Source: an uncultured Alphaproteobacteria bacterium
GTDB lineage: Bacteria; Pseudomonadota; Alphaproteobacteria; Rs-D84
Assembly (NCBI GenBank): GCA_944389525.1
Contig: CALXMR010000001.1
Coordinates: 33,698-97,697, forward strand
Reading direction: 5' to 3'
Length of the DNA stretch: 64,000 nucleotides
Shown piece by piece: positions 16,970-27,943 of this stretch (position 1 is the stretch's first letter; every line of letters starts with the position of its first letter). The notes under the pieces are model-generated. The model ran no database searches, had not been told where the DNA came from, and saw nothing but the letters and a program-made list of their open reading frames with translations. Position numbers and translations under genes: made by a program.

Positions 16970-19240
16970 CTATAATATATGTCGTTTGTTATTTGCATCA
17001 GGCGGGCTGACGATGCCTTCGGCCTCCATCCGTTCCATAAATCCGGCGGCCTTGTTATACCCTACCCCTAACCTGCGTTGGATATATGAAATTGTTGGTT
17101 TTTTATCACGCAACACATATTCTTTTGCCTGGGTATACAAGTCTGCATCTTTATCAGCCTTGCTGGCCACCGCTGGGGGCATTCCTGGGATTGCCGCGGC
17201 CACGCCGCCATCTTCCCCATCGGTCACACCTTCGGCATATTCTGGTGCGCCCTGGCCGCGCAAGAAATCCCCAACCCGGTTCATTTCTTCGTCTGATATA
17301 AACGCGCCATGTATACGAACCGGAACGCGTCCAGCCTCGCTAAACAGCATATCCCCGCACGATAACAACTGTTCTGCGCCCTTTTCACCCAGTGTTGTCA
17401 TAGAATCAATCCGACTGCGCGCCTGGAACGAAACGCGTGTCGGGAAATTCGCCTTGATAACGCCCGTAATTGTTGTTGCATCTGGTCGCTGGGTCGCCAT
17501 AACCAGATGGATACCGGCCGCGCGGGCCTTTTGTGCGATACGCTGGACACACGCCTCGACCTCTTTACGCGCCATACTCATCAGGTCGGCCACCTCGTCA
17601 ATAATAATGACAATATACGGCATATCCGACAAATCGACTTCTTGGGTTTCGAACAGTAATTCGCCCGTTTCTTCATCTGTACCAACCGCAACCTGGCGTG
17701 TTAATTTTTCACCGGCCGCGCGCTTTTGCCCAACGATTTCATTATAACTTTCTATATTACGGGCATTCACCGTTTGCAGTTGTTTATATCTATCTTCCAT
17801 TTCACGCACCGCCCATTTCAGTGCATTTACCGCCGCCGCTGGATCTAACTTTACAATTGGTGTTATCAGATGCGGGATATCATCCCAGAAACCAAAATCA
17901 ACACCCTTTGGATCAATGATTACCAGTTTGCACTTGTCTGGCGTAAAATGATAAACAATCGACATAATAATAGACTGCACAAACACCGATTTTCCCGATC
18001 CTGTACGACCCGCTATCAACATATGTGGCATTTTGGCCAAGTCATAATACATTGGATGCCCACCGATATCCACCCCCAAGGCCAACGGTATTTTGGATTT
18101 TGAATTTATAAATGTATCATTATCCACCAACGATTGGAAACGCACGGTCTGCCGCGTAATATTTACCATTTCAACACCAATCAGTTGCGTATTTGGAATA
18201 TGTGCAATACGAATATTTTCTGTGGCCATGGCACGCGTCATATCACTGACAGTCTTGCTGATATCGACCATACGCACACCACTGTCCGGCATAAATTCAT
18301 ACAGTGTCACAATTGGACCAGGACGAATACCAACCACCTTGCCGTGAACACCGTATTCGGCAAAATGTACCTCCATCGCAGATGCATTGCGTTTCAGTTC
18401 CGGTGTAATAATATTTTTACCAAAATTAGACCGTTCCAAAAACGCCGGATCCGGCAGTTCATATTCATGCACACCCCCACTGCGGCGCGATGCACGGCGA
18501 ACGCGTTTTTTTTCTGTGCGCCGCGCGACAGGTTTTTCATCTGGTTCTGTATCATCTGTATCTTCTTCATATTCTGCGTCTGCATCGTCATCTTCATCTG
18601 TATCTTCGGCGGGATATTCATTCATCGGCATCAAATGGAACACCGACAGAACCCAACGCACCCCGCGCCAGCATGCATACAGCGCGCTTTTTATATGTGC
18701 CCATTTTATATGTAACAACACAGATGCCAATGCCGCAAACACCAGTACCAGTGCCACCCCCACCATCACCGTCCAATTACCAATTAAACTGCTGACATCA
18801 GTTGCCGCCAACGCGCCAATCATACCACCAAATGATGATGTGGGGACAATCATACCAAATCCCGCCGCACCAACACACACGGCGACAAAGCACCGCAAAA
18901 AATTATATTCTGGGGCCGCATCCGTATCCCAATTCATCAACCACACCAACCCCCAACGCGCAACACATAAAATAAAGAACAATGCCGGAATAAAACCGAT
19001 TACAAACCTTAATCCGCCAACTATATTACCCATTATTGACTGATTACCAAATGTGCTGGCCGCCGCAACCCCATCCAGGTTCGGATTAAAAAGCACCAAT
19101 GCCACCGCTGCCCACAGTGCGATTACCAGCATCGCGCCCCCGCACACGCGTTTTGACAATGCCTTTAACGCACCAGAAACACTTTCCGGCAAAAAACTAG
19201 ATTTCTTTTCCATCCGACATATTTTATCACAAAAAAGCAA
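16970..19240 (-). CDS. ftsK: DNA translocase FtsK
   Basis: N-terminal TM segments, an acidic linker, Walker A GRTGSGKSV, and the gamma-domain winged helix (ISYIQRRLGVGYNKAAGFMERMEAEGIV). Confidence 0.9.
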   Translation of the reverse strand: MLFCDKICRMEKKSSFLPESVSGALKALSKRVCGGAMLVIALWAAVALVLFNPNLDGVAAASTFGNQSIMGNIVGGLRFVIGFIPALFFILCVARWGLVWLMNWDTDAAPEYNFLRCFVAVCVGAAGFGMIVPTSSFGGMIGALAATDVSSLIGNWTVMVGVALVLVFAALASVLLHIKWAHIKSALYACWRGVRWVLSVFHLMPMNEYPAEDTDEDDDADAEYEEDTDDTEPDEKPVARRTEKKRVRRASRRSGGVHEYELPDPAFLERSNFGKNIITPELKRNASAMEVHFAEYGVHGKVVGIRPGPIVTLYEFMPDSGVRMVDISKTVSDMTRAMATENIRIAHIPNTQLIGVEMVNITRQTVRFQSLVDNDTFINSKSKIPLALGVDIGGHPMYYDLAKMPHMLIAGRTGSGKSVFVQSIIMSIVYHFTPDKCKLVIIDPKGVDFGFWDDIPHLITPIVKLDPAAAVNALKWAVREMEDRYKQLQTVNARNIESYNEIVGQKRAAGEKLTRQVAVGTDEETGELLFETQEVDLSDMPYIVIIIDEVADLMSMARKEVEACVQRIAQKARAAGIHLVMATQRPDATTITGVIKANFPTRVSFQARSRIDSMTTLGEKGAEQLLSCGDMLFSEAGRVPVRIHGAFISDEEMNRVGDFLRGQGAPEYAEGVTDGEDGGVAAAIPGMPPAVASKADKDADLYTQAKEYVLRDKKPTISYIQRRLGVGYNKAAGFMERMEAEGIVSPPDANNKRHIL

Positions 19241-19262
19241 ATAATGTTAGTTATACTGCATA

Positions 19263-19964
19263 TTATTTTGCAATATCTGCGCCATGATGTTTCAGTGCAG
19301 CCTTGGTCAAATCTGCCACCGCCATACCGATAAATGCACCTAAAATAACATCAGACGGCCAATGCGCCCCCGCGCATACGCGCGATACACCAACAAGAAT
19401 CGCCAGCGACCATGTAAACCACTTTATCCGCGGCGCTAACAGCCCCAGCATCACCAACCCTGCAAAAGACGCCACCGTATGCCCAGACGGCATTGAATTA
19501 AACGCCCATTCAAACGATGGTGGGAAAAATCCGGTCATACCCAATGCCTCGTAAAATACGGGACGCGCGCGACCGATAAATACTTTTAAAAACCACCCCA
19601 GCGCACTGGCCGCAACCACAGATGTCAAAACAAATATTGCATAACTATTTCTGACCTTGTTCCATCCATCTTTACAGAACACCAGTAAACTAAATTTATT
19701 TTTATCGCCCCTGATACGCGGTTTTTCTATTGCCGCCTTTTTAATATAAAATACTAACAAAACCACCGCCGAAACAATAATCCACATTTCCGCGCAAAAC
19801 AGTTTTTCAAACACGTGCCGAAACAGTAAACAATCAAAATTACGCAAGAATAAATACAGCGGCTTGTCCAACCAGCAAATTCCCACCAGTACCAGTGCGG
19901 CTGTAATCACCGCACCCCATGCCATCCACTTCCATTTAATTTTATTATCCTTGGTCAAGAACAT
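19263..19964 (-). CDS. PAP2 family phosphatase (PgpB / undecaprenyl-diphosphatase-like)
   Basis: PAP2 motifs KxxxGRARP, PSGH and SRVCAGAHWPSD, with multiple TM helices. Confidence 0.75.
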   Translation of the reverse strand: MFLTKDNKIKWKWMAWGAVITAALVLVGICWLDKPLYLFLRNFDCLLFRHVFEKLFCAEMWIIVSAVVLLVFYIKKAAIEKPRIRGDKNKFSLLVFCKDGWNKVRNSYAIFVLTSVVAASALGWFLKVFIGRARPVFYEALGMTGFFPPSFEWAFNSMPSGHTVASFAGLVMLGLLAPRIKWFTWSLAILVGVSRVCAGAHWPSDVILGAFIGMAVADLTKAALKHHGADIAK

Positions 19965-19986
19965 ATTATTTCCCTATTTTTCTGTA

Positions 19987-21495
19987 TCACTCTGCTGTCA
20001 CCAGTCTGTTATAAACCTTGCCATCTGTTAATATTTTAACCGCGACTGCCGCCGCCAGCGCGTCTTCGTCTGCACCACTGGTAATCACTGGGCAACCACG
20101 GCGAACCACATCTGCATCGATTTCATCATCTTGGTTAAAATCCTGGGCATTAAAATCATTATTTATAACATTCAAGAAAAATGCATCTTGCTGGTTACTG
20201 GACCGAATATTAGACAGGCACACAATCGGAAAAATTCCACGACCATCGATGTTGCGCCCACTGCCCGTCTTGATTGATTTGTTCAATAATTCCAACGCAC
20301 CACCATTGGCCAAATCTATACGCGTTGCGATTCGCGCGGCCCCGGCCGTTGGCGTTCCCACCAACACCCCACGCGCATTTTCATATAACGCGGCGACTAC
20401 CGCTTCGGCTGTGCCACGGGTCATATTCGACATCAAAACAACGATTGGCGCATCTGTAACTGCATCGCCCCCAGGGATAACCTCTACCTCGTCCATGGCG
20501 GTTTCAACGATTCGCATAACAGGCCGCGCCCCAATAAACAGCCCTGCCAATTTTGCCGCAGCCCGTTCATCATCACCTGTGGCCGCACGCATATCCAATA
20601 TGATACCAGATACATCAGGATATTTTGCCAACGCCTCGTTAATAATGGCGGCGGCATTATCAGACACACGATGCACCACAATTTCCAATATTGCCCCATT
20701 ATCAGAATTTGTACGATGCACAATATCTGTATCTGCCAACACAATTGACGCACGGCGCAAAACAACATCGCGCGCACCCGCCGGCGTCAACAGTTTCATT
20801 TTTGATGTTCCAGAATTAAACCCATTCATCACAGATTCTAATTCCGCATCCGACATCTGGGCAACCACCCGACCATTTATACCAGAAATTAAATCACCCG
20901 CACGCACCCCCGCGGTATCAGCCGGCGATCCTTTGACAACACCATGCACCCGCCAATTACCACGCGCATCACGCGCCCCCGTCAGGCCGACACTGGTCAA
21001 CAGCCGTCCATCTTCGGCAATTTCTGCGGCACGCGAATATATATACCGGCCATTTTCATCAATCCCGCGCATTAAACTGTCCACAACCAATTGGTACATT
21101 TCGCTGGTTGATGCATGACGCAACACCGGGTCATTCGCACGCAATTTTAAAACCAACGCTGTTGTAATTTCCCCAAACGCATCCCAGTCCTTGTCTGCCG
21201 GGCGCGGATAATTTGCAATGATTGCATCCCGCCATACCAACACAACCCGTTCATCGGTGGCCGCGATATGCGCATTTGGATTTAAACTTTCCAGGCTTTC
21301 AATCGCAACATTAATATTTTTACCGCCCCACTTTACACCGTCTAACTTTTCATAAATATCGGCAAAGGTTGCAGAAACATCAAAAACATTTAATCCATCT
21401 TGCACAGGTTCATCTTCAAAGAACAAACTATCTGCGCACGCCGGCATTGCCACAGCGGCTAAAAACATCCATGCAACGAATTTTATCATTCTCAT
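19987..21495 (-). CDS. ctpA: S41 family carboxyl-terminal processing protease with PDZ domain
   Basis: Signal peptide, a PDZ segment (GVVKGSPADTAGVRAGDLISGING), and the S41 catalytic region (ILDMRAATGDD..). Confidence 0.75.
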   Translation of the reverse strand: MRMIKFVAWMFLAAVAMPACADSLFFEDEPVQDGLNVFDVSATFADIYEKLDGVKWGGKNINVAIESLESLNPNAHIAATDERVVLVWRDAIIANYPRPADKDWDAFGEITTALVLKLRANDPVLRHASTSEMYQLVVDSLMRGIDENGRYIYSRAAEIAEDGRLLTSVGLTGARDARGNWRVHGVVKGSPADTAGVRAGDLISGINGRVVAQMSDAELESVMNGFNSGTSKMKLLTPAGARDVVLRRASIVLADTDIVHRTNSDNGAILEIVVHRVSDNAAAIINEALAKYPDVSGIILDMRAATGDDERAAAKLAGLFIGARPVMRIVETAMDEVEVIPGGDAVTDAPIVVLMSNMTRGTAEAVVAALYENARGVLVGTPTAGAARIATRIDLANGGALELLNKSIKTGSGRNIDGRGIFPIVCLSNIRSSNQQDAFFLNVINNDFNAQDFNQDDEIDADVVRRGCPVITSGADEDALAAAVAVKILTDGKVYNRLVTAE

Positions 21496-21536
21496 TTTGT
21501 TTTTCCCTCCGGCCAGCTGTGGCGGCGCAATGACGA

Positions 21537-22406
21537 CTATTTCTGGTCACCATCGCGCAGGTTAAAGTGATACAGTATTACATTCGAAATATAAATACTG
21601 GTAAATGTCCCCATAACAACGGCGAATGTCATTGCAATTGCAAAATCGCGCAATGCCGGCCCACCAAACAAATACAATGCAACCATCGCCAATATTGTAG
21701 ACACCCCGGTCATGATTGTACGCCGCATCATTTCATTCACAGACAGGTCAATCAAATCATCCATTGGCATCTTGTGATATTTTTTGATATTTTCTTCGAT
21801 ACGATCATAGTTTACAACCTTGTCATTAATGGAATATCCCACCCCCATTAATATAACCGCAATTGCCGTCTGGTTGAATTCCAGCCCCGTGACAGAAAAG
21901 AATCCGAACATTATAACAAAATCCAAACACAGCGATATAAACGATCCAATCGCATATCCACCGCGATATCGCACCCACACATATACAGACATCAGTATGA
22001 ACGAAAACAATACCGCTAAAATACCGCCACGAATTAATTCGTTACCAATTTTTGGCCCAACGATTTGCACCTGGGAATATTCGACATTGTTCCCCAGAAT
22101 ATCTTTGATTTCTGTGACACGCGCATTTTGCTGGGCATCTGTTGCGCCACGCGGCAACCCGACACGTACCAATATCGCGCCATCATCCCCCACAGACTGT
22201 AATTCCGGGCTAAATTGTTCCAAATCCGCGCGCATTTTATCGATTGTATATTCGGCCGATACTGGTTTGACCTCCATCGATATACCACCGGCAAAATCAA
22301 TACCATAATTCAGTCCCCGCACCAACAGCGACAACACCGACAGCACAATAAACGCCCCCGCAATCCAGTACGACAATTTACGATATTTCATAAATTTCAG
22401 TTGCAT
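21537..22406 (-). CDS. secF: protein translocase subunit SecF
   Basis: 289 aa with a six-TM SecF topology, immediately downstream of secD. Confidence 0.85.
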   Translation of the reverse strand: MQLKFMKYRKLSYWIAGAFIVLSVLSLLVRGLNYGIDFAGGISMEVKPVSAEYTIDKMRADLEQFSPELQSVGDDGAILVRVGLPRGATDAQQNARVTEIKDILGNNVEYSQVQIVGPKIGNELIRGGILAVLFSFILMSVYVWVRYRGGYAIGSFISLCLDFVIMFGFFSVTGLEFNQTAIAVILMGVGYSINDKVVNYDRIEENIKKYHKMPMDDLIDLSVNEMMRRTIMTGVSTILAMVALYLFGGPALRDFAIAMTFAVVMGTFTSIYISNVILYHFNLRDGDQK

Positions 22407-22418
22407 AACAAAATCCCC

Positions 22419-23978
22419 TTACTTGCTTTTTACATATCCAATTTTTTTATTTTTGCCGTTCATATACCAATCAATAATAACCTTGGACAATGACACGCAT
22501 GTGAACAGTGTGGTCAGCACCCCAACCGACAGCGTCACTGCAAAACCACGAATCGGTCCAGCACCAAATTGGAACAACACCAGCGAACAGATTAAATTCG
22601 TCAGGTTTCCATCCAACACGGCCTTCATAGAACGGTGGAATCCTGCCTCGACCGCGCGCAGGGGCGTTGACCCCGCACGAATTTCATCGCGTATTCGTTC
22701 AAATGGCAAGATGTTTGCATCAACCGCCATCCCCAGTGTTAACACGATACCGGCAATCCCCGGCAATGTCAGTGTCGCCCCCAGCAATGCCGAAATTCCG
22801 ATAATCATCGCCAGGTTAATTAATAACACAAAACTGGCAATAACACCGAACCCGCGATAACAAACAATCATAAATATCATAATAAATATGACGCCAACCA
22901 CAGATGCAACCTTGCCTGCGGCAATGGTATCCGCGCCCAGTCCGGCCCCAACAGACCGTTCTTCGATAACTTGTAACGGTGCGGGCAACGCGCCACTGCG
23001 CAACAACACGGCCAAATCCTTGGCACCCTGTAATGTAAATCCACCAGAAATCTGGCCACGACCACCCGGGATTGGTTCACGAATTGTTGGCGCCGACAGA
23101 ACAACATCATCTAAAACGATTGCAAATCGTTCATTTACATGTTCTGTGGTTAATCTGGCAAATTTACGCGCACCAGCGGCATCAAATACCGTTGTCACCA
23201 CAGGCATATTATTTTGATCAAAATCCGCCTGGGAATCCTTTAACGATTCACCCGATACTTCTACGTGGGTATACACTGGTATTTTCTGATCTGGCGCGTC
23301 CATATATGGCAAGAATTTTGTACCGCTGGGCGCATGTCCAGACGCCAGTTGTTCTGCCGTCACATCTTCATTTACCAGATGAAATGTCATTTTCGCCGTC
23401 TGGCCAATCAGTTCCTTGATTCGTTCTGGATTATCGACACCTGGCAATTGCACCATAATGTATTTGCCGCCCTGACTTTGAATAGACGGTTCTTTGGTCC
23501 CCAGCGCATCAATACGGCGGCGCACAATTTCAATACTGCGCGACAATGCATCTTGGACCATTTCATCCTTGGCCTTTTGTGAATACGCCAATGTAATATT
23601 GCGCCCATCCACCGACACATCAACAGTGTCACCAAACACACTTCTTAGCCGCCCACGCGCACGCGACACATCATCTTCGTTGCGCACAATAAATGACACA
23701 ACGCCGTCCTTGTTACGCATATTAGAAAATCTGATAACACCCTTGTCACGATCAATCAAGGCCGCGCGTGCTTCCTCGTACAATTGTGCGGCCTTTTCCG
23801 TCATCATGGTGTCGGTATCAACCTCTAATAACAATTGCGCCCCACCTTTCAGGTCCAACCCCAATGGAATTGGCTGAATCCACGATGGGAAATAAGGCGC
23901 CAAACTGGGCGCCATTGTCGGCACCGCCAGCAACACACCAAACACCGCAGTAAAAATAATTGCCAGTTTTTTAAACAT
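22419..23978 (-). CDS. secD: protein translocase subunit SecD
   Basis: 519 aa with a large periplasmic domain and conserved SecD C-terminal TM helices. Confidence 0.85.
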   Translation of the reverse strand: MFKKLAIIFTAVFGVLLAVPTMAPSLAPYFPSWIQPIPLGLDLKGGAQLLLEVDTDTMMTEKAAQLYEEARAALIDRDKGVIRFSNMRNKDGVVSFIVRNEDDVSRARGRLRSVFGDTVDVSVDGRNITLAYSQKAKDEMVQDALSRSIEIVRRRIDALGTKEPSIQSQGGKYIMVQLPGVDNPERIKELIGQTAKMTFHLVNEDVTAEQLASGHAPSGTKFLPYMDAPDQKIPVYTHVEVSGESLKDSQADFDQNNMPVVTTVFDAAGARKFARLTTEHVNERFAIVLDDVVLSAPTIREPIPGGRGQISGGFTLQGAKDLAVLLRSGALPAPLQVIEERSVGAGLGADTIAAGKVASVVGVIFIMIFMIVCYRGFGVIASFVLLINLAMIIGISALLGATLTLPGIAGIVLTLGMAVDANILPFERIRDEIRAGSTPLRAVEAGFHRSMKAVLDGNLTNLICSLVLFQFGAGPIRGFAVTLSVGVLTTLFTCVSLSKVIIDWYMNGKNKKIGYVKSK

Positions 23979-23992
23979 ACTACAACCCTTTA

Positions 23993-24307
23993 TTATTCAA
24001 CACTGGCCACAGCGTTTTTACTTACTTCGATAACAACGCCCTTGGCAACTTCCATTTCTATTGTTTTTTCGTTAATTTTCTTGATTACGCCATAGATACC
24101 GGCCGCCATAACACGATTGCCGACCTGTAATGAATCCAACATTTTTTGATATTCAGCCATACGCTTTTTGTTTGGCCGCACCATAAATATATATATGATT
24201 GCAAATATAATCAGACAGTACAGCAACAATCCCCACCAATCCCCCGTTTGGGTCGCATTTTGTGTTGTTGTCTGCACAGCATCTGCAACAGTATTTGTTT
24301 GTTCCAT
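23993..24307 (-). CDS. yajC: preprotein translocase subunit YajC
   Basis: 104 aa with a single TM followed by the conserved YajC motif (..MVRPNKKRMAEYQKMLDSLQVGNRVMAAGIYGVI..). Confidence 0.85.
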   Translation of the reverse strand: MEQTNTVADAVQTTTQNATQTGDWWGLLLYCLIIFAIIYIFMVRPNKKRMAEYQKMLDSLQVGNRVMAAGIYGVIKKINEKTIEMEVAKGVVIEVSKNAVASVE

Positions 24308-24402
24308 GATAAATTCTCCTTAACTTTTCCAGATATTTATGTGGTCAGAATAGTAAAAAAAGCCGATTATGTAAAGAAAAATAGTTATAAATCCGCCAAA
24401 AA

Positions 24403-26151
24403 TTACACGCGTTCGAACCATGCATCAATTTCCGTAAATGGAATTATTTTATACACTGGCCGACCATGATTGCATTCCCCACCCCGCGTGGTATTTTCTA
24501 TATCCCGCAACAGTGCATCCATTTGCCGCATATCCAGTTTTTGTCCTGCACGCACGCTGTGGTGACACGCCCAATTTGCCAATTTCAAGTGCAATCGTTC
24601 ATCCAACTTTGACGAATGGCCGTGGCCACGAACCTCGTCCGCGATATCATGAAACAGTTCCGCCCAATTCAAATCCCAGTCTGCGGGCTTTTCAAAAATC
24701 GCAATCGCCGTATCACCAAACGCATCAATATGTAACCCAGCATTTCGCATATCATCCGCAATCGATAACACTGCCGCCGCATCTTCGCCGCGCATATTTA
24801 CAACAATCGGCGCCAACAACGGTTGCGTCTTTATCACATGTCGCCGCAATCGTTCATATGTAATGCGTTCATGTGCCGCATGCTGGTCCACAATTATCAA
24901 GTTTTCACCACGTACCGCCAAAATATACTTGTTACCAATTTGTCCAACCGCCCGTCCCAATGGCAAATCAGAATCATCTGGGGCGCCATATTTTTCTGTG
25001 CCGTTATCTGCCGGTACATCGATATTCAAATTCGGGGACGCCACAAACATAAATGCCGGATCTGGCCCACGGTGCGCCGCGCCACCCGAACATCTGGCAC
25101 CAGAAAAAAAATTCATTGATTGCACGCGTGGCATGACATCACCTGTGGGGCGCGTACCAGATGTGGCCTGGTTTTGATTCAATGTTTTTGCCAATGTGTC
25201 ACGCAATGTTTTTATAATAAACGCGCGCACATGTGTTGGTTCCAGAAAGTGCACCTCTGTCTTGGCGGGCGAAACATTAACATCCACACGCCGCGGGTCA
25301 ATCGCCAGGTACAACGCACACAATGGAAATTCGCGCGCATGCATAACATCCATGTATGCCGCCCGCAATGCCCCGACCAAGACCTTGTCCTTGACCGGTC
25401 GCCCATTAACAAACAAATATTGATCAACAGATGCGGCACGCCGCAGTGTCGGTTCAGATATAAACCCATACAGTTTCATTGACGCATCAGACCCAGACTG
25501 TGCATCAACCGCCAACATTCGTCCCCGCACATCATCGCCCATAACCGCGACAATTCGTTCCAACATATCTTGGTTTTTCGGAAAGAACCATTTATTATTC
25601 AATACAAATCCAACATCCGTGCGCGACATCGCCAGCCTTTTTACCACATCAACCACAGACATCATTTCCGCCCGGTCTGCGCGTAAAAATTTTAATCGTG
25701 CCGGTGTCTTGACAAACAAATTCGCCACCCGGATACGCGTTCCCCCATCCCAATCAGACGGCCGAATTTCACCGGTTGTGGCGTCAATCTGCCAACCGTT
25801 CGCATCGGTGCCATTAAATGTATCAATTGTCATATCAGAAACAGATGCGATTGACGGTAACGCTTCGCCACGAAATCCCATAAAATTAATATTTAATAAA
25901 TCATCATCTGGTAATTTAGATGTTGCGTGTCGCATTATACTGTGCGCCAGATCAGTGCGCGACATTCCGCACCCATTGTCGATTACGGAAATCATCGTGC
26001 GACCGCCATCGATGACATCAACCACAATCTGATCTGCCCCCGCATCCAGCGCATTTTCGACCAATTCTTTGACCACACTGGCGGGCCGCGTCACCACTTC
26101 GCCGGCGGCAATTTGATTTATCAAAAAATCAGGCAGAACGCGAATCGGCAT
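24403..26151 (-). CDS. mutL: DNA mismatch repair protein MutL
   Basis: The GHKL ATPase N-terminus (INQIAAGEVVTRPASVVKELVENALDAGA.., DNGCGM) and the C-terminal dimerisation domain. Confidence 0.9.
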   Translation of the reverse strand: MPIRVLPDFLINQIAAGEVVTRPASVVKELVENALDAGADQIVVDVIDGGRTMISVIDNGCGMSRTDLAHSIMRHATSKLPDDDLLNINFMGFRGEALPSIASVSDMTIDTFNGTDANGWQIDATTGEIRPSDWDGGTRIRVANLFVKTPARLKFLRADRAEMMSVVDVVKRLAMSRTDVGFVLNNKWFFPKNQDMLERIVAVMGDDVRGRMLAVDAQSGSDASMKLYGFISEPTLRRAASVDQYLFVNGRPVKDKVLVGALRAAYMDVMHAREFPLCALYLAIDPRRVDVNVSPAKTEVHFLEPTHVRAFIIKTLRDTLAKTLNQNQATSGTRPTGDVMPRVQSMNFFSGARCSGGAAHRGPDPAFMFVASPNLNIDVPADNGTEKYGAPDDSDLPLGRAVGQIGNKYILAVRGENLIIVDQHAAHERITYERLRRHVIKTQPLLAPIVVNMRGEDAAAVLSIADDMRNAGLHIDAFGDTAIAIFEKPADWDLNWAELFHDIADEVRGHGHSSKLDERLHLKLANWACHHSVRAGQKLDMRQMDALLRDIENTTRGGECNHGRPVYKIIPFTEIDAWFERV

Positions 26152-26160
26152 ATTGTTGTG

Positions 26161-26631
26161 TTATTCCTTGAATTTAACTTCCAGAATTTCATATTCTTTT
26201 TCACCACCAGGCAACTTGACGATACATGTATCACCAACGCATCGCCCAATCATCGCGCGCCCAACAGGCGAAGTGCATGAAATAACCTGTTTCCCATCAG
26301 ATTCGATATCCGACAGAATTCGACACTGCATACGATTGCCATCTTCGTCTTCGGCAACGACATGTGCACCAAACACAACCCTGTCCCCAGACAAACTGTC
26401 GATATCAATAATATCTGCATTATTTATAACATCTTCGATAAATTGGATTCGTTTATCAATTTGGCGCTGTTTTTCCTTGGCGGCACTGTAATCTGCATTT
26501 TCAGACAAATCACCCAAACTGCGTGCCCACTGGACCGTTTTTAGAATTTCTGGCCGCTGAACTTCTTTTAAATCTTTTAACTCTTTGATCAGGCTGTCAA
26601 AACCCGCCCGTGAAATCGGTCTTTTATTCAT
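26161..26631 (-). CDS. greA: transcription elongation factor GreA
   Basis: Start taken at MNKRPISRAGFDSLIKELKDLKEVQRPEI... It has the GreA coiled-coil with the acidic tip (LGDLSENADY) and a C-terminal FKBP-like domain. Confidence 0.85.
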   Translation of the reverse strand: MNKRPISRAGFDSLIKELKDLKEVQRPEILKTVQWARSLGDLSENADYSAAKEKQRQIDKRIQFIEDVINNADIIDIDSLSGDRVVFGAHVVAEDEDGNRMQCRILSDIESDGKQVISCTSPVGRAMIGRCVGDTCIVKLPGGEKEYEILEVKFKE

Positions 26632-26717
26632 GTTCAATCCTGTATGCTTTGTCTTGGGAATTATACGCATTCATTTTAATTTTGCAATTGTCTATTTTCC
26701 AGGGTATACTTTTCTGA

Positions 26718-27791
26718 TTGGATATAAAAATGCGAATTCGACCAAAGATTTTGACCAGATTCCTGATGCGCCGATTTTTTTCCGGTGTCGGGTTGGTATT
26801 ACTGGTCGTATGCGGGATAATTATGGCGGTCACATTTGTCGAACGGTTGCCATCGAATCCAACAGCGTTGGCGGCACTGTCTGAATCATGGACACGATTG
26901 TTGGAATATGTGCCACTGTTTTTACCATTGGCGGTATTTATGGGCACATTGCTGGCATCATACAACATGACAAAATCCAGTGAAAAAATCATCGTGGCCA
27001 GTGCGGGTCTGTCCCCGTACCAGATGGCGCGCCCATTTTTGGTTGGTGCGGCATTAATTGGTGTTATTGCAACAACATTGATAAATCCTTATGCTGTCCG
27101 GCTTAGCGCACAAAACATAACATCTGACCACTTGGTTTTAATTGATGGCGAAATCTGGCTGCGCGAGGCATCGGACAACAGATACATCACCATGAACGCC
27201 AAGGGTATGCACAAATCTGGCGCAATATTATTATTCGAAGACGCCACCATATATATCCAAGACCAAACATTCAAATTAACCCAGCGGGTTGAATCAGACA
27301 CGATAACATTATCTGAATCTGGTCTGAACGCGACAAACGCGACCATATGGGATAAAAACGGAATTCCATCACACCAAGAATGGCACACAAACACATTGTT
27401 AACGCCACGCACGGTTCTGGACAGATATCTGCAACCGGACCAGATATCATTTTGGAATCTGCCAGAATTTATATATAAAATGCGCACAATTGGCGTACCA
27501 GTACGCGGGCACCTGGTTCAATTTTGGACCCTGTTGTTTTTACCACTGACCATGGTTGCCATGGCAACATTAGGGGTTGCGTTTTCCCAAACGCGCCAAC
27601 GCCGCAATTACAGTTTTGGCATAAAATTTGGCATTGGAATAATCACATGCTTTGCGGTATATTTTCTGATAAACATGTTTAATGCACTGGGGGCGACCGG
27701 GGTTGTACCGCCACTGTTGGCAATAATTGCCCCGCCACTGATTATTATTGCGGCCGCCGGCGTTTTCATCGCCAGTTTTGATACCATATAA
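26718..27791 (+). CDS. LPS export ABC transporter permease (LptF/LptG family)
   Basis: 357 aa with the YjgP/YjgQ architecture: N-terminal TM helices, a periplasmic beta-jellyroll, and C-terminal TM helices. Confidence 0.7.
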   Translation: MDIKMRIRPKILTRFLMRRFFSGVGLVLLVVCGIIMAVTFVERLPSNPTALAALSESWTRLLEYVPLFLPLAVFMGTLLASYNMTKSSEKIIVASAGLSPYQMARPFLVGAALIGVIATTLINPYAVRLSAQNITSDHLVLIDGEIWLREASDNRYITMNAKGMHKSGAILLFEDATIYIQDQTFKLTQRVESDTITLSESGLNATNATIWDKNGIPSHQEWHTNTLLTPRTVLDRYLQPDQISFWNLPEFIYKMRTIGVPVRGHLVQFWTLLFLPLTMVAMATLGVAFSQTRQRRNYSFGIKFGIGIITCFAVYFLINMFNALGATGVVPPLLAIIAPPLIIIAAAGVFIASFDTI

Positions 27792-27943
27792 CAAGATAAA
27801 CAAACGGGGAAAATTATGCCATTGCGTAAAAAGAACACAAAACGAAACAAGATTATAATCTGGACATTGATTGTGGTTCTGGTGATATTGATGATTGTAT
27901 CAATTCCTGCGACACAACACATGACCGAAATTGTTTTATACCC

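Noticed and set aside
16986-19043. Long plus-strand ORFs (253, 193 and 218 aa) inside ftsK
   Set aside because: They are antisense to a well-supported ftsK. Their translations are low-complexity (Ser/Ala/Pro-rich), reflecting the codon structure of the opposite strand.
20018-21118. 366 aa plus-strand ORF
   Set aside because: It is antisense within ctpA and its translation is Ala/Ser/Pro/Thr-rich low complexity.
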